The position numbers and the translations under genes were made by a program. From assembly GCA_900617105.1 (NCBI GenBank), contig UYFQ01000001.1, positions 4,092,001 to 4,156,000 of the forward strand: a DNA stretch of 64,000 nt, given 5' to 3'. The notes under the pieces were generated by a model. The model saw only the letters and a program-made list of their open reading frames with translations. It was not told where the DNA came from and made no database searches. Below, piece by piece: positions 27,800 through 39,100 of this stretch; the stretch's first letter is position 1; every line of letters starts with the position of its first letter. The DNA is from Hydrurus foetidus. Lineage: Eukaryota.

Positions 27800-28627
27800 T
27801 TGCACGTGAACTACATCACCACCCCCGACAACACGAAACTTTATTTTAAAGACTGGGGCTCTGGCCGCCCCGTGATTTTGTTACACGGCTGGCCTTTGTC
27901 GGCCGATAGCTGGGACGACCAAGCCATGGCGATTGCCGATGCGGGCTACCGCGCCATCGCCTACGATCGGCGCGGCTTTGGGCGCTCGTCGCAGCCCTGG
28001 ACTGGCTATGACTACGACACCCTGTCGGATGATTTGGCGGCCGTGATCGAACAAACGGGTGCCCAAGACGCGGTACTGGTGGGTTTTTCAATGGGTGGTG
28101 GCGAAGTGGCGCGCTACATGTCGCGCCATCAAGGGAAGTCGATCTCCAAAGCGGTGCTGGTCTCGTCCGTGGTGCCATTCATGTTGAAAACCGATACCAA
28201 CCCGGACGGCACCGAGCAGTCGAAGTTTGAGGAGATGACTGCAGGCATGAAGGAAGACCGGGCAAAGTTTTTCGCCGGATTTTTCAAAGATTTTTATGGC
28301 GTGGGCCTTGTCTCGCGCCCGGTCAGTGAACCGCTGGTGGAGGCGTCGCGCAGCGTTGCCATGCAGGCCAGCCTGAAGGCCACACTGGCATGCGCTGGCG
28401 CTTTTTCGACCACGGATTTTCGGCCTGATCTGGCGCATTTCAAGGTGCCTACCTTGATCATTCATGGCACCGACGACAAAACCGTTCCGATTGACGCATC
28501 TGGAAGGGCCGCTGCAAAAGGCATTGCACAGTCAACGCTGCTGGAATACGACGGTGCGCCGCACGGCCTTTTTGCTACCCACAAAAACAAGTTGACCAAA
28601 GATTTGCTGGACTTTATTGCGCGCTAA
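27800..28627 (+). CDS. Non-heme chloroperoxidase/arylesterase family alpha/beta hydrolase
   Basis: KDWGSG, HGWP, YDRRGFGRS, GFSMGGGE, GAPHG. Confidence 0.92.
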   Translation: MHVNYITTPDNTKLYFKDWGSGRPVILLHGWPLSADSWDDQAMAIADAGYRAIAYDRRGFGRSSQPWTGYDYDTLSDDLAAVIEQTGAQDAVLVGFSMGGGEVARYMSRHQGKSISKAVLVSSVVPFMLKTDTNPDGTEQSKFEEMTAGMKEDRAKFFAGFFKDFYGVGLVSRPVSEPLVEASRSVAMQASLKATLACAGAFSTTDFRPDLAHFKVPTLIIHGTDDKTVPIDASGRAAAKGIAQSTLLEYDGAPHGLFATHKNKLTKDLLDFIAR

Positions 28628-29783
28628 CGGCCTGCGGGTAGCTGCCTGCCAGCAAGATGCCTTGATCAACACGGTTGATATCGGTCTTGCCGCAAAAAGC
28701 CATCGTCAGGTCGAGTTCTTTGTGAATAATCTCGAGGGCCTTAGTCACGCCCACTTCACCCATCGCGCCCAGCGCGTATAACCACGCGCGGCCAATGTAC
28801 ACACCTTTGGCGCCTAGGGCGACGGCTTTGATGACGTCTTGCCCGCTGCGTATGCCGCCGTCCATGTGCACTTCGATATCTCTACCAACGGCGGCCACGA
28901 TGCGGGGCAGGGCGCGTATGGACGACTCTGCGCCGTCGAGCTGCCTGCCGCCGTGGTTGGACACGATGAGTGCATCTGCACCGCTGTCCACTGCCAAGCG
29001 GGCGTCTTCTTCGTCTTGAATGCCTTTCAAAATAATCTTGCCGCCCCAGCGCTTTTTGATCCATTCGACGTCGCCCCAATTCAAGGCTGGGTCAAACTGC
29101 TTGGCCGTCCAGTCGCTCAGCGATGTCATGTCCTCTACACCTTTGACGTGGCCAACAATATTGCCAAAGCCATGGCGCTTTGTGCCCAACATGCCCAGGC
29201 CCCAGCGCGGTTTGGTGGCCATGTTGATGATGTTGGGAATCGTCAGCTTGGGCGGGGCTGACAAGCCGTTTTTTAAGTCTTTGTGGCGCTGCCCCAAGAT
29301 TTGCAGGTCAAGCGTGATGACGAGGGCCGAGCAGTTAGCGGCTTTGGCCCGGTCTATCAGGCGCTCAATAAAGTCCCGGTCTTTTAAAACATAGAGCTGA
29401 AACCAGAACGGGTGGCGGTCGGTTGCGGTCGCTACGTCTTCAATCGAGCAAATGCTCATGGTCGACAACGTGAACGGAATGCCGAATTTTTTGGCCGCGC
29501 GCGCCCCGCAAATTTCGCCGTCGGCGTGCTGCATACCGCTCATGCCGGTAGGCGCAATCGCCACGGGCATGGCCACGTTTTGGCCAATCATTTGGGTGGC
29601 GGTAGAGCGGCCTTCCATGTTGACCGCTACGCGCTGGCGGAACTTGATCGACTGAAAATCAGCTTCGTTAGCGCGGTAGGTGCCTTCTGTCCACGAGCCT
29701 GAGTCGGCGTAGTCGTAAAACATGCGCGGTACGCGTTTTTTGTGCAGCACGCGCAGGTCTTCTATGTTGGTAATGACAGTCAT
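28614..29783 (-). CDS. lldD: FMN-dependent alpha-hydroxy acid dehydrogenase (L-lactate dehydrogenase-like)
   Basis: WFQLY, SNHGGRQLDG, DGGIRSGQD. Confidence 0.85.
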   Translation of the reverse strand: MTVITNIEDLRVLHKKRVPRMFYDYADSGSWTEGTYRANEADFQSIKFRQRVAVNMEGRSTATQMIGQNVAMPVAIAPTGMSGMQHADGEICGARAAKKFGIPFTLSTMSICSIEDVATATDRHPFWFQLYVLKDRDFIERLIDRAKAANCSALVITLDLQILGQRHKDLKNGLSAPPKLTIPNIINMATKPRWGLGMLGTKRHGFGNIVGHVKGVEDMTSLSDWTAKQFDPALNWGDVEWIKKRWGGKIILKGIQDEEDARLAVDSGADALIVSNHGGRQLDGAESSIRALPRIVAAVGRDIEVHMDGGIRSGQDVIKAVALGAKGVYIGRAWLYALGAMGEVGVTKALEIIHKELDLTMAFCGKTDINRVDQGILLAGSYPQAVSAQ

Positions 29784-29859
29784 GAGGTTCCTTGAATTGC
29801 ATTCATGGTAGCCGCGTGCTCGTCAACACGGCATGAAGTTAGCTGCAGCGCCGTTGAAA

Positions 29860-32241
29860 TTATTTTGATACGGCCTGCCCGCCTAAAGCTTTCAGCCCGG
29901 CGCCGCGCACTTCGAGTTTGATTTCGTCGAGTACTGCGCCTTTTGCATCAAGCAGCTGCACCACATGCCGACCGGGCCAGGGCGGCCATTGAGCTTCTGC
30001 GCCCCCGGCCAGAGCTTTGCCGTCTATCTGCCAAGCGACGTTCTGGCCAACCGCTGTGAAAGTCAGGCGTTGGCGGTTGGGCGGAATATCGGGGTCAAGC
30101 GCGATGATCACGCCGTTGGCGGGCGACGTGATTTTGGCCACCCCGGCAGCACCGAATGCTTCAAATTCACTATGCTTGATGCCTTTTGTCGAATGAATAC
30201 GGGCGCGAGCAGCTTCTGAATTAATAGCAAATTGAGCCTGTTCGGTGCCCTTGATAAACCACTCACTGCGCTTGGCTTCCAGCCCATTAAAGTCAACTAT
30301 GCTTTGCACCACACCGGCAGGCGGCGTGGGCGCGCGGCTTGGCTCGGTGCGGTGCAAATGGTTCATTACCGCCGCCCAAATCGGCGCAGCGCCGCTGGTC
30401 CCGCTTACGTCCCACATGGGTGCCCCGCTGGCATTGCCAACCCACACGCCTACTGTGTAGCGCTGCGAATAGCCGACGGCCCAGTTGTCGCGCATGTCTT
30501 TGCTGGTGCCGGTTTTAACGGCGGTCCAAAAGCGGGTAGCCAGCACACTGTCGGTGCCGAAGGTGCGGGCGCGCGCCAGCGGGTCGGCGAGGATGTCGGT
30601 GACGATGAAGGCGGCGCGTGGGTCAATGGCGGGGGCGGGTATAGCCCTCACCGCAGCCCTCTCTTGCAAGCGGGAGAGGGAGTTTGGCCCCTCGGTATTG
30701 CTCTCTCTCCCCAGCGGGGGAGAGGGCAGGGGTGAGGGTGCAGCAAATTTAACTTCACCAAACCGCCCACCATTGGCCAGCGTGCGATAAGCATTCGTCA
30801 AATTCAGCAGCGACACCTCAGAGCTGCCCAGCGCCAGGCTGTAGCCGTAGTAGTCGCCATTTTCTTTAAGCGGCAAACCAGCGGCGCGAAGCTGCTTGGC
30901 GAACGCATCTGGCGACACCATGACCAGCGTACGCACCGCCGGCACATTGAGCGATGCCCCCAGCGCGGTGCGGCTTGAGATAAAGCCTTTGAACTGCCGA
31001 TCGTAGTTTTGCGGAATGTACAGGCCGCTGGCCGTGGGGATTTGGGTGGATGAATCTTCTAGCAGCGACGCAGCGGTGATTCGCTGCTCAGCAATTGCCT
31101 GAGCGTACAAAAACGGCTTAAGGGTAGAGCCGGGTTGGCGCAGCGCGGTGACGCCGTCAACGTCGGCGGCTTGACTGAGTTCATTCGATGAGCCCACCCA
31201 GGCTAGAACTTCGCCCGTGGTGTTGTCGAGCACGACGACTGCGCCGTCTTCAACATGGCGGCCGCGCAGCTCGCGCAGGTGTTGCTGTAGGGTTTGGACG
31301 GCGAAGCGTTGGAGTGGGGCGCGTAATGTGGACTGGATTGACGTTGGGAATCCCCCACCCCTACCCTCTCCCCGCAAAGGTAGAGGGGGCAAAACCAGAG
31401 CGCTCGCATTACTCCCTCTCCCATTGCGGGGAGGCAGTGGCGGCAGGGGTGAGGGTGCCTGCATTGCCACCAGCCGCCTAGCCAGGTGCGGCGCAATGCC
31501 TTCACTCGCATCAAACGCTTTGCGCTGCAGCGCTCCGGTGGTGAACAAATCGAGTGCGTCGCAGTCGGGCTTGTTTTGCATCAGTTTGAGCACACCACAA
31601 GCCCGGCTAGAGACTTGCGCCGCCTTCGCATTCGGCCCCCGCACGAGCGCCGCAGTAATGGCCGCTTCCCGCTCGTCCAAACCGTTCGCAGCCTTGCCGA
31701 ACAGCGTGCGGCTCAGGGCATCAATACCCACCAGCTCGCCCCGAAAAGGCACGAGGTTTAAGTAGGCTTCCAGAATCTGGTCTTTGCGCCAGCGCGCCTC
31801 CAGCACTTGGGTCGATAGCGTTTGGCCAATTTTTTGCCCCACGCTGCGGCCGCTCGCACCCGCACGCAAATCCTCATCTAGCAGCCCAGCCAGCTGCATG
31901 CTGATGGTCGATGCGCCGCGTGTTTTCGTGTTCCACAGATTGGCCCAGGCGGCGCTCGATACCGCCCGCCAGTCGACACCACTGTGTTCGTAAAAGCGCT
32001 TGTCTTCGCTCAATACCAATGCAGTTCGCAACGCTGGTGACACGTCAGCCAAAGCCACCCACTGCCCGCGCCGAACCGTGTTGTCAGTACGCAGGCGCTG
32101 GATGACTTCGCCGCTTCGATCCAAAATCAGCGTGTCAGACGGTCTGAAACCCTGTTTTGCAGTGTAAAAAGAGGCTGTAGCCCAACAAATACGGGCGCAA
32201 GCAGCTATTAAAAATAGAGTAAATAAGGCGCGTTTGAACAT
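29860..32241 (-). CDS. pbpC: Penicillin-binding protein 1C
   Basis: EDKRFYEH, GASTISMQL, GSTLKPF (SxxK), SLN, KTGTS; downstream of A2M. Confidence 0.93.
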   Translation of the reverse strand: MFKRALFTLFLIAACARICWATASFYTAKQGFRPSDTLILDRSGEVIQRLRTDNTVRRGQWVALADVSPALRTALVLSEDKRFYEHSGVDWRAVSSAAWANLWNTKTRGASTISMQLAGLLDEDLRAGASGRSVGQKIGQTLSTQVLEARWRKDQILEAYLNLVPFRGELVGIDALSRTLFGKAANGLDEREAAITAALVRGPNAKAAQVSSRACGVLKLMQNKPDCDALDLFTTGALQRKAFDASEGIAPHLARRLVAMQAPSPLPPLPPRNGRGSNASALVLPPLPLRGEGRGGGFPTSIQSTLRAPLQRFAVQTLQQHLRELRGRHVEDGAVVVLDNTTGEVLAWVGSSNELSQAADVDGVTALRQPGSTLKPFLYAQAIAEQRITAASLLEDSSTQIPTASGLYIPQNYDRQFKGFISSRTALGASLNVPAVRTLVMVSPDAFAKQLRAAGLPLKENGDYYGYSLALGSSEVSLLNLTNAYRTLANGGRFGEVKFAAPSPLPSPPLGRESNTEGPNSLSRLQERAAVRAIPAPAIDPRAAFIVTDILADPLARARTFGTDSVLATRFWTAVKTGTSKDMRDNWAVGYSQRYTVGVWVGNASGAPMWDVSGTSGAAPIWAAVMNHLHRTEPSRAPTPPAGVVQSIVDFNGLEAKRSEWFIKGTEQAQFAINSEAARARIHSTKGIKHSEFEAFGAAGVAKITSPANGVIIALDPDIPPNRQRLTFTAVGQNVAWQIDGKALAGGAEAQWPPWPGRHVVQLLDAKGAVLDEIKLEVRGAGLKALGGQAVSK
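30188..30228 (-). repeat. Family A copy in frame in pbpC (AINSEAARARIHS)
   Basis: GAATGAATACGGGCGCGAGCAGCTTCTGAATTAATAGC. Confidence 0.9.
30645..30738. repeat. Palindrome family C double hairpin in frame in pbpC
   Basis: CCCTCACC...CCCTCTC..GGGAGAGGG ... CTCTCCC..GGGAGAGGG..GGTGAGGG; peptide PSPLPSPPLGRE...SLSRLQERAAVRA. Confidence 0.85.
31352..31455. repeat. Palindrome family C double hairpin in frame in pbpC
   Basis: Peptide PSPLPPLPPRNGRG...PPLPLRGEGRGGG. Confidence 0.85.
32178..32220 (-). repeat. Family A copy forming part of the pbpC N-terminal hydrophobic segment (LIAACARICWA)
   Basis: TAGCCCAACAAATACGGGCGCAAGCAGCTATTAAAAATAG. Confidence 0.9.
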
Positions 32242-32639
32242 TACGCAACCAGTTCAACACCTGTCATGCGGGCAGCTTTGGCGTCGAATGTCAGCATGGT
32301 GCTGCAACCCATACGCTGGTATTGGGCCAGAAACAGGCATTCGGCAAAGTCAGACGCTGCGTTTTCATAAACATGCAGCGCTTGCTCCAGCACCTTCTCG
32401 TTGTCTATTTCAATGTCATAGGACTCGAGCAGTAAATTAAAAACATTCAATACTTGAGTCTTATCCATTTTTGCGCTGCTACGCAGCACCCATTCCATCT
32501 CTAACACCACGGCCAGTGTGATGATGATTCTGGTGTCTAGTTTTTTAGCTTGCTGGATGAATTTGGCAGCGCGCATCTTTTGTGCGGGATCGTCGCTAAG
32601 CAACAACCGAAGCACGACGTTGGTATCCAAACCGACCAT
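32241..32639 (-). CDS. PIN-domain (VapC-like) toxin
   Basis: LDTNVVLR, LEMEWVL, DFAE, LTFD. Confidence 0.9.
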   Translation of the reverse strand: MVGLDTNVVLRLLLSDDPAQKMRAAKFIQQAKKLDTRIIITLAVVLEMEWVLRSSAKMDKTQVLNVFNLLLESYDIEIDNEKVLEQALHVYENAASDFAECLFLAQYQRMGCSTMLTFDAKAARMTGVELVA

Positions 32640-32650
32640 TCAGGACTTTC

Positions 32651-32869
32651 TCAAGCACTAAACCGCATTTTTTCAATCGGAATCTTCGGCCCTTTGTACT
32701 TGATGATGTCGGCAAGGTCGAGGATGCTCTTGTTTTTTACCCGCATGATGACTGTGCCGTTCGGCATTTGGGTGAAGTTGAGCTGGTCTTTGGGTTTGAG
32801 GCCTAAACTGTCCCGAATTTCTTTGGGAATGGTGGTTTGGCCTTTGGAGGTCAAGGTGGCGTTAGACAT
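32651..32869 (-). CDS. AbrB/MazE-family antitoxin
   Basis: ATLTSKGQTTIPKEIRDSLGL. Confidence 0.92.
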   Translation of the reverse strand: MSNATLTSKGQTTIPKEIRDSLGLKPKDQLNFTQMPNGTVIMRVKNKSILDLADIIKYKGPKIPIEKMRFSA

Positions 32870-32892
32870 AAATTCCTTTCAATATTAATTTT

Positions 32893-32907
32893 TGTAAGGA
32901 TTTTACA
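32893..32907. promoter_or_regulatory. Putative TA autoregulatory operator
   Basis: TGTAA-GGATT-TTACA palindrome 23 nt upstream of the antitoxin ATG. Confidence 0.55.
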
Positions 32908-32961
32908 TCTTTTGCCGGATGTTTTCCATGTCGAAGGGACGAGTGGATACTTAGGTGGATC

Positions 32962-33165
32962 TCATATGAAAATCCATGCAATCAAACAAACACCCAGCGC
33001 ACCGAAAGTGATCGCTATAGTTTTTTTCACTTCATGTGCTCGATGCGCTACTCGCTGTCGATCAAACAGGTAATCCATCAGTGCCTCAAATAAACCTAAG
33101 AGGCCGGCCAGCAAAATAAAACCGGCACCTACCAACACAACAAAAGCTATTTCATTAAAGGTCAT
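32962..33165 (-). CDS. Small two-helix membrane protein
   Basis: Two hydrophobic segments; AT-richer than flanks. Confidence 0.6.
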   Translation of the reverse strand: MTFNEIAFVVLVGAGFILLAGLLGLFEALMDYLFDRQRVAHRAHEVKKTIAITFGALGVCLIAWIFI

Positions 33166-33187
33166 GAGACGCTTTCAAGTGGTTGAA

Positions 33188-36100
33188 TCACTTCACCGCC
33201 TCCACCTTCACCCGCGCATTCGGCGCTTCGCCAAACATCTCGGGCGCGTACATCGCCTCGACCCGACTCGGCGGCAGCGCAAAGTTGCCGACATTGTTCA
33301 GTCGCACTGTGTATTCCATCTTCACCACGCCTTTGGGCAAGTACTCGTAGTAACTGCGAAAGGCCTCGAAGCTGCGCTCTTCGAATGCTGGCCAGCCGGA
33401 GCCCGATTTTTTCTCGCCTTTGGTCGCAATTTCAGAATCGCGGCCCAAGCCACTGCCCAAAATGGTTGCGCCGCCGGGGATGGGGTCGGTAATCGCTACC
33501 CAGGTCATGTCGGCTGATGCATTGACTTCCAGCGTGATGCGCAGCACGTCGCCACGGGTGTAGCTACCCTTATTTGCTTGCTCAATGGGCGTGATGGTTT
33601 TCTTGATCTGGTAGCCCGCGTTAAACGGCTCTTTGAGCTGAACTGCCGCGAGTGATTGCAGCGTCAGCCACGGTTTGCCAGCGCCAGTGTGCGTCACGCT
33701 CAAGGTTTCCTTGCCCGCTGTGCTTGATTTAGTCCAAGGCAAAAACATACCGTTATTGGTCAGGTTGCCCGGCGATGCTGGTGCGCCGAACATCGTGGTC
33801 TGGTTCGGCGCGCCGCCCGCATCCGTGGTTTTAACCCGGTCAACTTTTGCCCAATCAACATTCGCAGTTGCTGTAGCCAGCGTGGCTTTCGTGACACCCG
33901 CAACTGGTGTGGCTTCAAACTTGGCTGAGAACTTGTCGAGCGCCAAGCCGCCCCACAGGTTGGCCGTGGTGGTGTGCCACGCGCCTTTTTGCTGACGGCC
34001 AATGAAGCCGTTGGCCAGGCGGCCCATGTCATCTTTCCAGGCGGGGTCGTCCATGACTGCGAGCATCAGGCGCGCCGTGTTGACGTCGCCATTGACCATC
34101 AGCCACCACCAGTAGTCGTCTTTCTCGGTGCTAAAAATCAGCTTGGTGCCCTGGTACGACAAGCGTGATTTCAAAATCTGGTTGGCTTCAAGAATGCGCT
34201 CTTCCCGCTTGGGCACATCAGCCACGCGTTTCAAAATTTGCAGCCAGTCAATCACTGCGCTGGTGGGCCACTGAATGGGTGCAATAGTGATGCTGCCTAG
34301 CATACGGGCTTGCGCTTTGCCGTAACGCGACAGGGCTTCAAGCGCGGCAAGTTTGCGCACGTCCAGATCCTTGCGGGGCGACCAGAATTCGCGCTGAATT
34401 TTGCCTTCAACAAACGCAATCAGGCCGCGCTCCATCGGCGCTCGAACATCGTCGGGCAAAGCAAAAGCCGGGTTGATGCTCGCGGCTTCGTGCGTGGCGG
34501 CCAGCAGGTAGGCCGTCAGTGCGTCACTGCCGCGCGCAGCTTCCCCATCACGCGGCGGGAAGTAATTGGCCAGGCCATCGCTGTCAAGATAGCCGGGAAC
34601 TTGCCCGACCACCGTTTGCCATAACTTCCCATCACGCAGACCGACTGACTTGCTGGTTTTTTGCTCCAGGCAAGCAAAGGGGTAGTTGGCAAACCAGTCA
34701 CGCACACCGTCCATGCCTTCGGCTAATTTGGGTTGCAATGACATCTTTAAACCGCCGCGGCCGGGTAGGGCATCCGCAGGCGAATTGACGTCCAGATTAA
34801 ACGTGCCGTCAACCTGCACCAGCGTGGCTTGCTGCACAGTTAAGGGCACGGCGGGGATGATGCGCTGCCTAGCTTTTAGGCCGTCCCGCGCGCCACTGAT
34901 CGTGTCTTTGGCTTCAATCTCCCACAAAATCGCTTCTTGCCGCGTGAAGGCCAGCTGTGCAGGCGCGGTCACCATCCACGCCACTTCTCGCGCTTCGCCT
35001 GCAGGAATATCAACGGTTTGCGGCTTAAGGTCCAGCAGCGTTGCACGCGGCGCAACCTCCACTTTCATCGCCGCCTTGGTCGTGTTGCGCAACGTGATTT
35101 GCGCGCGGTACTGGTCGTCTTCACGTACCAGCGGCGGCAAGCCGCTGATGATTTGCAAATCTTGCGTGGCTTTGATCGACGTTTGCCCCGTGCCGAACAA
35201 ACCTGTAGCAGCATCGGCCACAGCCACAATTTTGAAAGTCGTCAGCGCATCGTTCAGCGGCACATTGACAACTGCCTGGCCCTGCGCATCAAGTTGCACA
35301 CGCGGGTTCCATAACAGCAGCGTGTCCAGCAGCTCGCGCGTGCCGCTGCGCCCACCACCGCCGCCCGCTGCCACGGCTTTGCGCCCGTAGTGCCTGCGGC
35401 CAATGATTTCCATCTGCGCGGTCGAAGTTTCAACACCCCAAGCGCGACGCTGCAGCATCGCGTCCAGCAAGCCCCAGGAAGTGTTGGGCATCAGCTCTAG
35501 CAGTGCTTGGTCAACAGCGGCCAGCGCTACCTCGGCATTGGCGGCGGGCTGGCCGTTGGGCAGCTTGACTTGAATCGTGACCTTGGCCTGCGTGCGCACT
35601 GCGTAGCTTTCTTTGTCGGCTTTTACGCTGACATCCAGCTGGTGCGCTTTGGTGCCGACGCGAATTTCAGCCAAGCCCAAACGAAATGCGGGTTTGCTCA
35701 AATCAACCAGCGCAGTCGGTGCCACATACTCACGGCCTTGGTACCAGAATGATGTCCACCACTCTTTGGGTGCTTTAAAGCCCCAGGTAAAAAAGCTGTA
35801 CCAAGGCACTTCACGCAAGCGGCCACGCAGCGCTAGCACGCTGACGTACACGTTCGGGCCCCAGCCATCGCGTATTTTTAAATTGATCGTCGGGTCTTGC
35901 CCATTGAGCTGCACCACCTGCGTTTCAATAATGCCTTCACGCTCAACCGCCACCAGCGCAGTGGCAAACCGGAAAGGCATGCGCACCTGAAACTTGGCCA
36001 TGTCGCCCGGCTGGTAACTTTTCTTTTCGGGCAGCACGTCCATGCGGTCGTGGTTTTCGCCGCCAAACCACAGCTCGCCTTGTTTGGTCACGTACACCGA

Positions 36101-39100
36101 GCTGGCCGCTTGAATGGTGTTGCCTTCTTTGTCTTTGGCGGTAACGATCAGTTCAACCTCACCGGCTTCACCCAGTTTGGTTTCACAAAGCAACAGTCCG
36201 CGTGCATCGCTTTTGCCGCTGCACACCTGGCCTAAATCCTTGGTTTCAGTTTTGTTGTCGTAGGTGTAAAAACCACCGACCATGCGCTTGCGACTGGTGG
36301 TGACGATGCGGGCTACTGCCTTAACTTCTAGCGATACATCGGCAGCAGCTTTTCCCGTCAAGTCAAGGGCTAGCGCCTGAAATTTGATTTTTTGGCTGCT
36401 CGACACCCAGCCCTCAGTCTTGATGCCCGCCACCACGCCTGCGGGCCACAGCGTACTCACGCTGCGTATGGTTTGCACCTCACCGCTGGGGTCGGCGTAG
36501 GTGGCTTCCAGCAGCAACTCTTGCGGCTGCCTGGCTGTCGGCACATCAGCGATGGTGACTTTCCCAGTGCCGTTCTTGTCAAGTGTCAAGGGCAGTTTGT
36601 CAGCAATCACGCGCTGGTCTTGTGACGCCGTGTTTTCTTCTTCCCCGCCCTCGGCGTCACCTTTTTTTCCGCGCGGTGGCGAAAAGTTAAATTCTTCATA
36701 GTCGCTGTAGCCAAGCGATCTGCTGCGCACCAGTGCTGACAGCCGTACAGGCAGATTCGCGGCGCCACCGCCTGCTACGTAGTTTATTTGCACATCGGTA
36801 GGCACAGTCTTGGCGTTGATCAATGCCTTTTTCTCAACCGGTGTTACCCGGCCTTCAAGCACTGGCAGGCGGAACTCTTCGACCCGAAAGCTGCCACTGG
36901 AAAAGTTGCGGTTTCTGTCCTCGTTTTGGCCTTTCAGCTGCACCTCGTACACACCCAGTTTTGCGGCGGGCGGTATGGCAAAGGTGCTTTCAGCACTTTG
37001 CCCACCGGTGGCGGTTTTGCGCCAGGCGAGCGGCTGAACATACTGCTGGCCGCTGCCGACGTGGGTCACCACCAGTTGCACAGGTTGGCTGGCGGCCAGC
37101 GCAAAACCCTGGCTGGTCTCAGAACGCAAAATATGTTTCATCGACACGGTTTCGCCTGCTCTTAGCAGCGTGCGGTCAAAAATCGTGTGAGCGCGTTCAT
37201 CAGGGCGCGCGTCGCTGCTGGTTGGCACATTAAAGCGCCACGGCTCAATGCCTTTGTGCCAGTCGCTCCAGGTAAAGGCTAAATCGTCTGCTGAGCGGGC
37301 GCTAACAAAGTACGCGTTACCGCTGTCACCATTTTCGCCAGCACACCGATCTGGCTCGGGCGACAAACCGGTGAAGTTTGCGATGCCTTGCGCGTTGGTG
37401 GTGGCCTTGGCGACTTCTTTTCCGTTGCAGTTGGACACGGCCACCTGTGCGTTGGCCACCACTGTTCCTTTGTCAAGCGTTGTGACCCAAGCCATCGCGT
37501 TTTCACGCCCCAGCTTAAAGTGCACACCGAGGTTGGTGACCAGCGCTGACGTGCGAACGTACATCGTGCGCGAGTTGCCATAACGCTCATCAAGCAATGA
37601 GCCGCCCAGCTTGGCAGACGCTATTTCGACCACATGAAAGCCGGCCTGCAGGGGAATGCCCACCACTTCAAACGGTCTGAGTTCTGGTTTGTTAGATTTT
37701 TCAGGGCGTGGAAGATCGAGCGATTTCACCCCTGTCTGGCCGCTAAGCAGTGACACCATGCGCGACTGAACCGAGTCTTTATCGCGCTTGTCCAATACTT
37801 TCGGCAACGCGCCTTTGACATCAAGAGCTGCCAACTTGCGCGGCACTTCGTAGTTGTCGTAGCGCTTTACTTTTTTAAACCATGCAATGATTTCTGCGTC
37901 AGATTTGGGTTGTAACGTGCTGACTTGCCCCGGGCTAAGTGTTTTGGTCAACAGCGCGGCTTCGACATTGCGCAGCGTCACTGGCAGCAGGGCCGAATCG
38001 CCCGGTTTGCTTCCCGGCTCGGCGTAACGCTCGACAACGCCAAATGGCGCGGCTGAAAATTTGGCCAGTGGCGGCATGGCAGCAGTTGCCACCGTCAAAG
38101 GAAAGCTGTCGGCGTTGCGCAGGTCGCGGTTGGATGCGTCTTTGAATCCCTTGGGCAGCTCTAGCTTGAATGACGTGCTTTCGCCAAACACAGGCTTAAA
38201 GGTGACGTTGCTCACCACATCGGCAGCATCACCGTCTGCATCAAACGTGGGTTTAAGTGACTCTTTGTTGGAGGTTAAACGAATGGCCTCAGCCAGTTTG
38301 CGCGGCACCGGCGCGTTAAAGCTCAGGCTCATGGGCCGTATCGGCAGGCAGGCCGACTGGGCGTTTTCGCGCTCGCAGGTGAAGCTGGCTGCAAACGGTT
38401 CGCGTACCTGAAAATTAAAGCGTTTTTCGACGCTGTTGATAATGCCGCTGGGCGTGCTGACGCCTTTGCCGTACACCAACTGCACGCGGGCAGACGGCGT
38501 CAAGCGGCGGTTGCAGGCAAGCGTCACATGCCGTAAGGGGTCAAGCGCGGCGGCTTTTTCTAGCCCTTGAGATTTAAGCAAGGCAGCGCGCTCCGTGCCG
38601 TCAATTAATTTGACAGCTATGCGCTCGCCCAAGCCTTCGGCGGCGCACCACATGTTTTGCTGCACGCTGGCCAGTGTTGCCGCACCATTCAAAGTCAGAA
38701 CAAAATATTGTTCTTCGTCAATCTGCGCACGGGGAGATGGCCTGACCGCCTGAACAAAAGGCCCACCACTATTAAATTTATAGCTACTCGCGCCCGTATA
38801 TATTGAGCCAGAGGCTGATTTGAGTCCTGAGCGCACCTGTAAAGTGCAACTCACGCCGGGTGGCAAGTCCTTTTCAAATTCAAACGCCCACTCGCGGTCA
38901 CTGATCCAGCGGCCATTGCCCTTGGAGGCTTGCGCGTCGCTGCAACTCAAGGTTAAAGGCGCGGTAACTTTCGGGTCACCGAAGTTGACGGCGCTTTCAT
39001 CAAATTTGGCCACTACCTGCCGGACAGCCGACACTTCGCCCTGTGGGCTAAGACTGGTGATTTGCAACGCGTGTACTTGCACCGCAAAAGTGGCCGCAAA

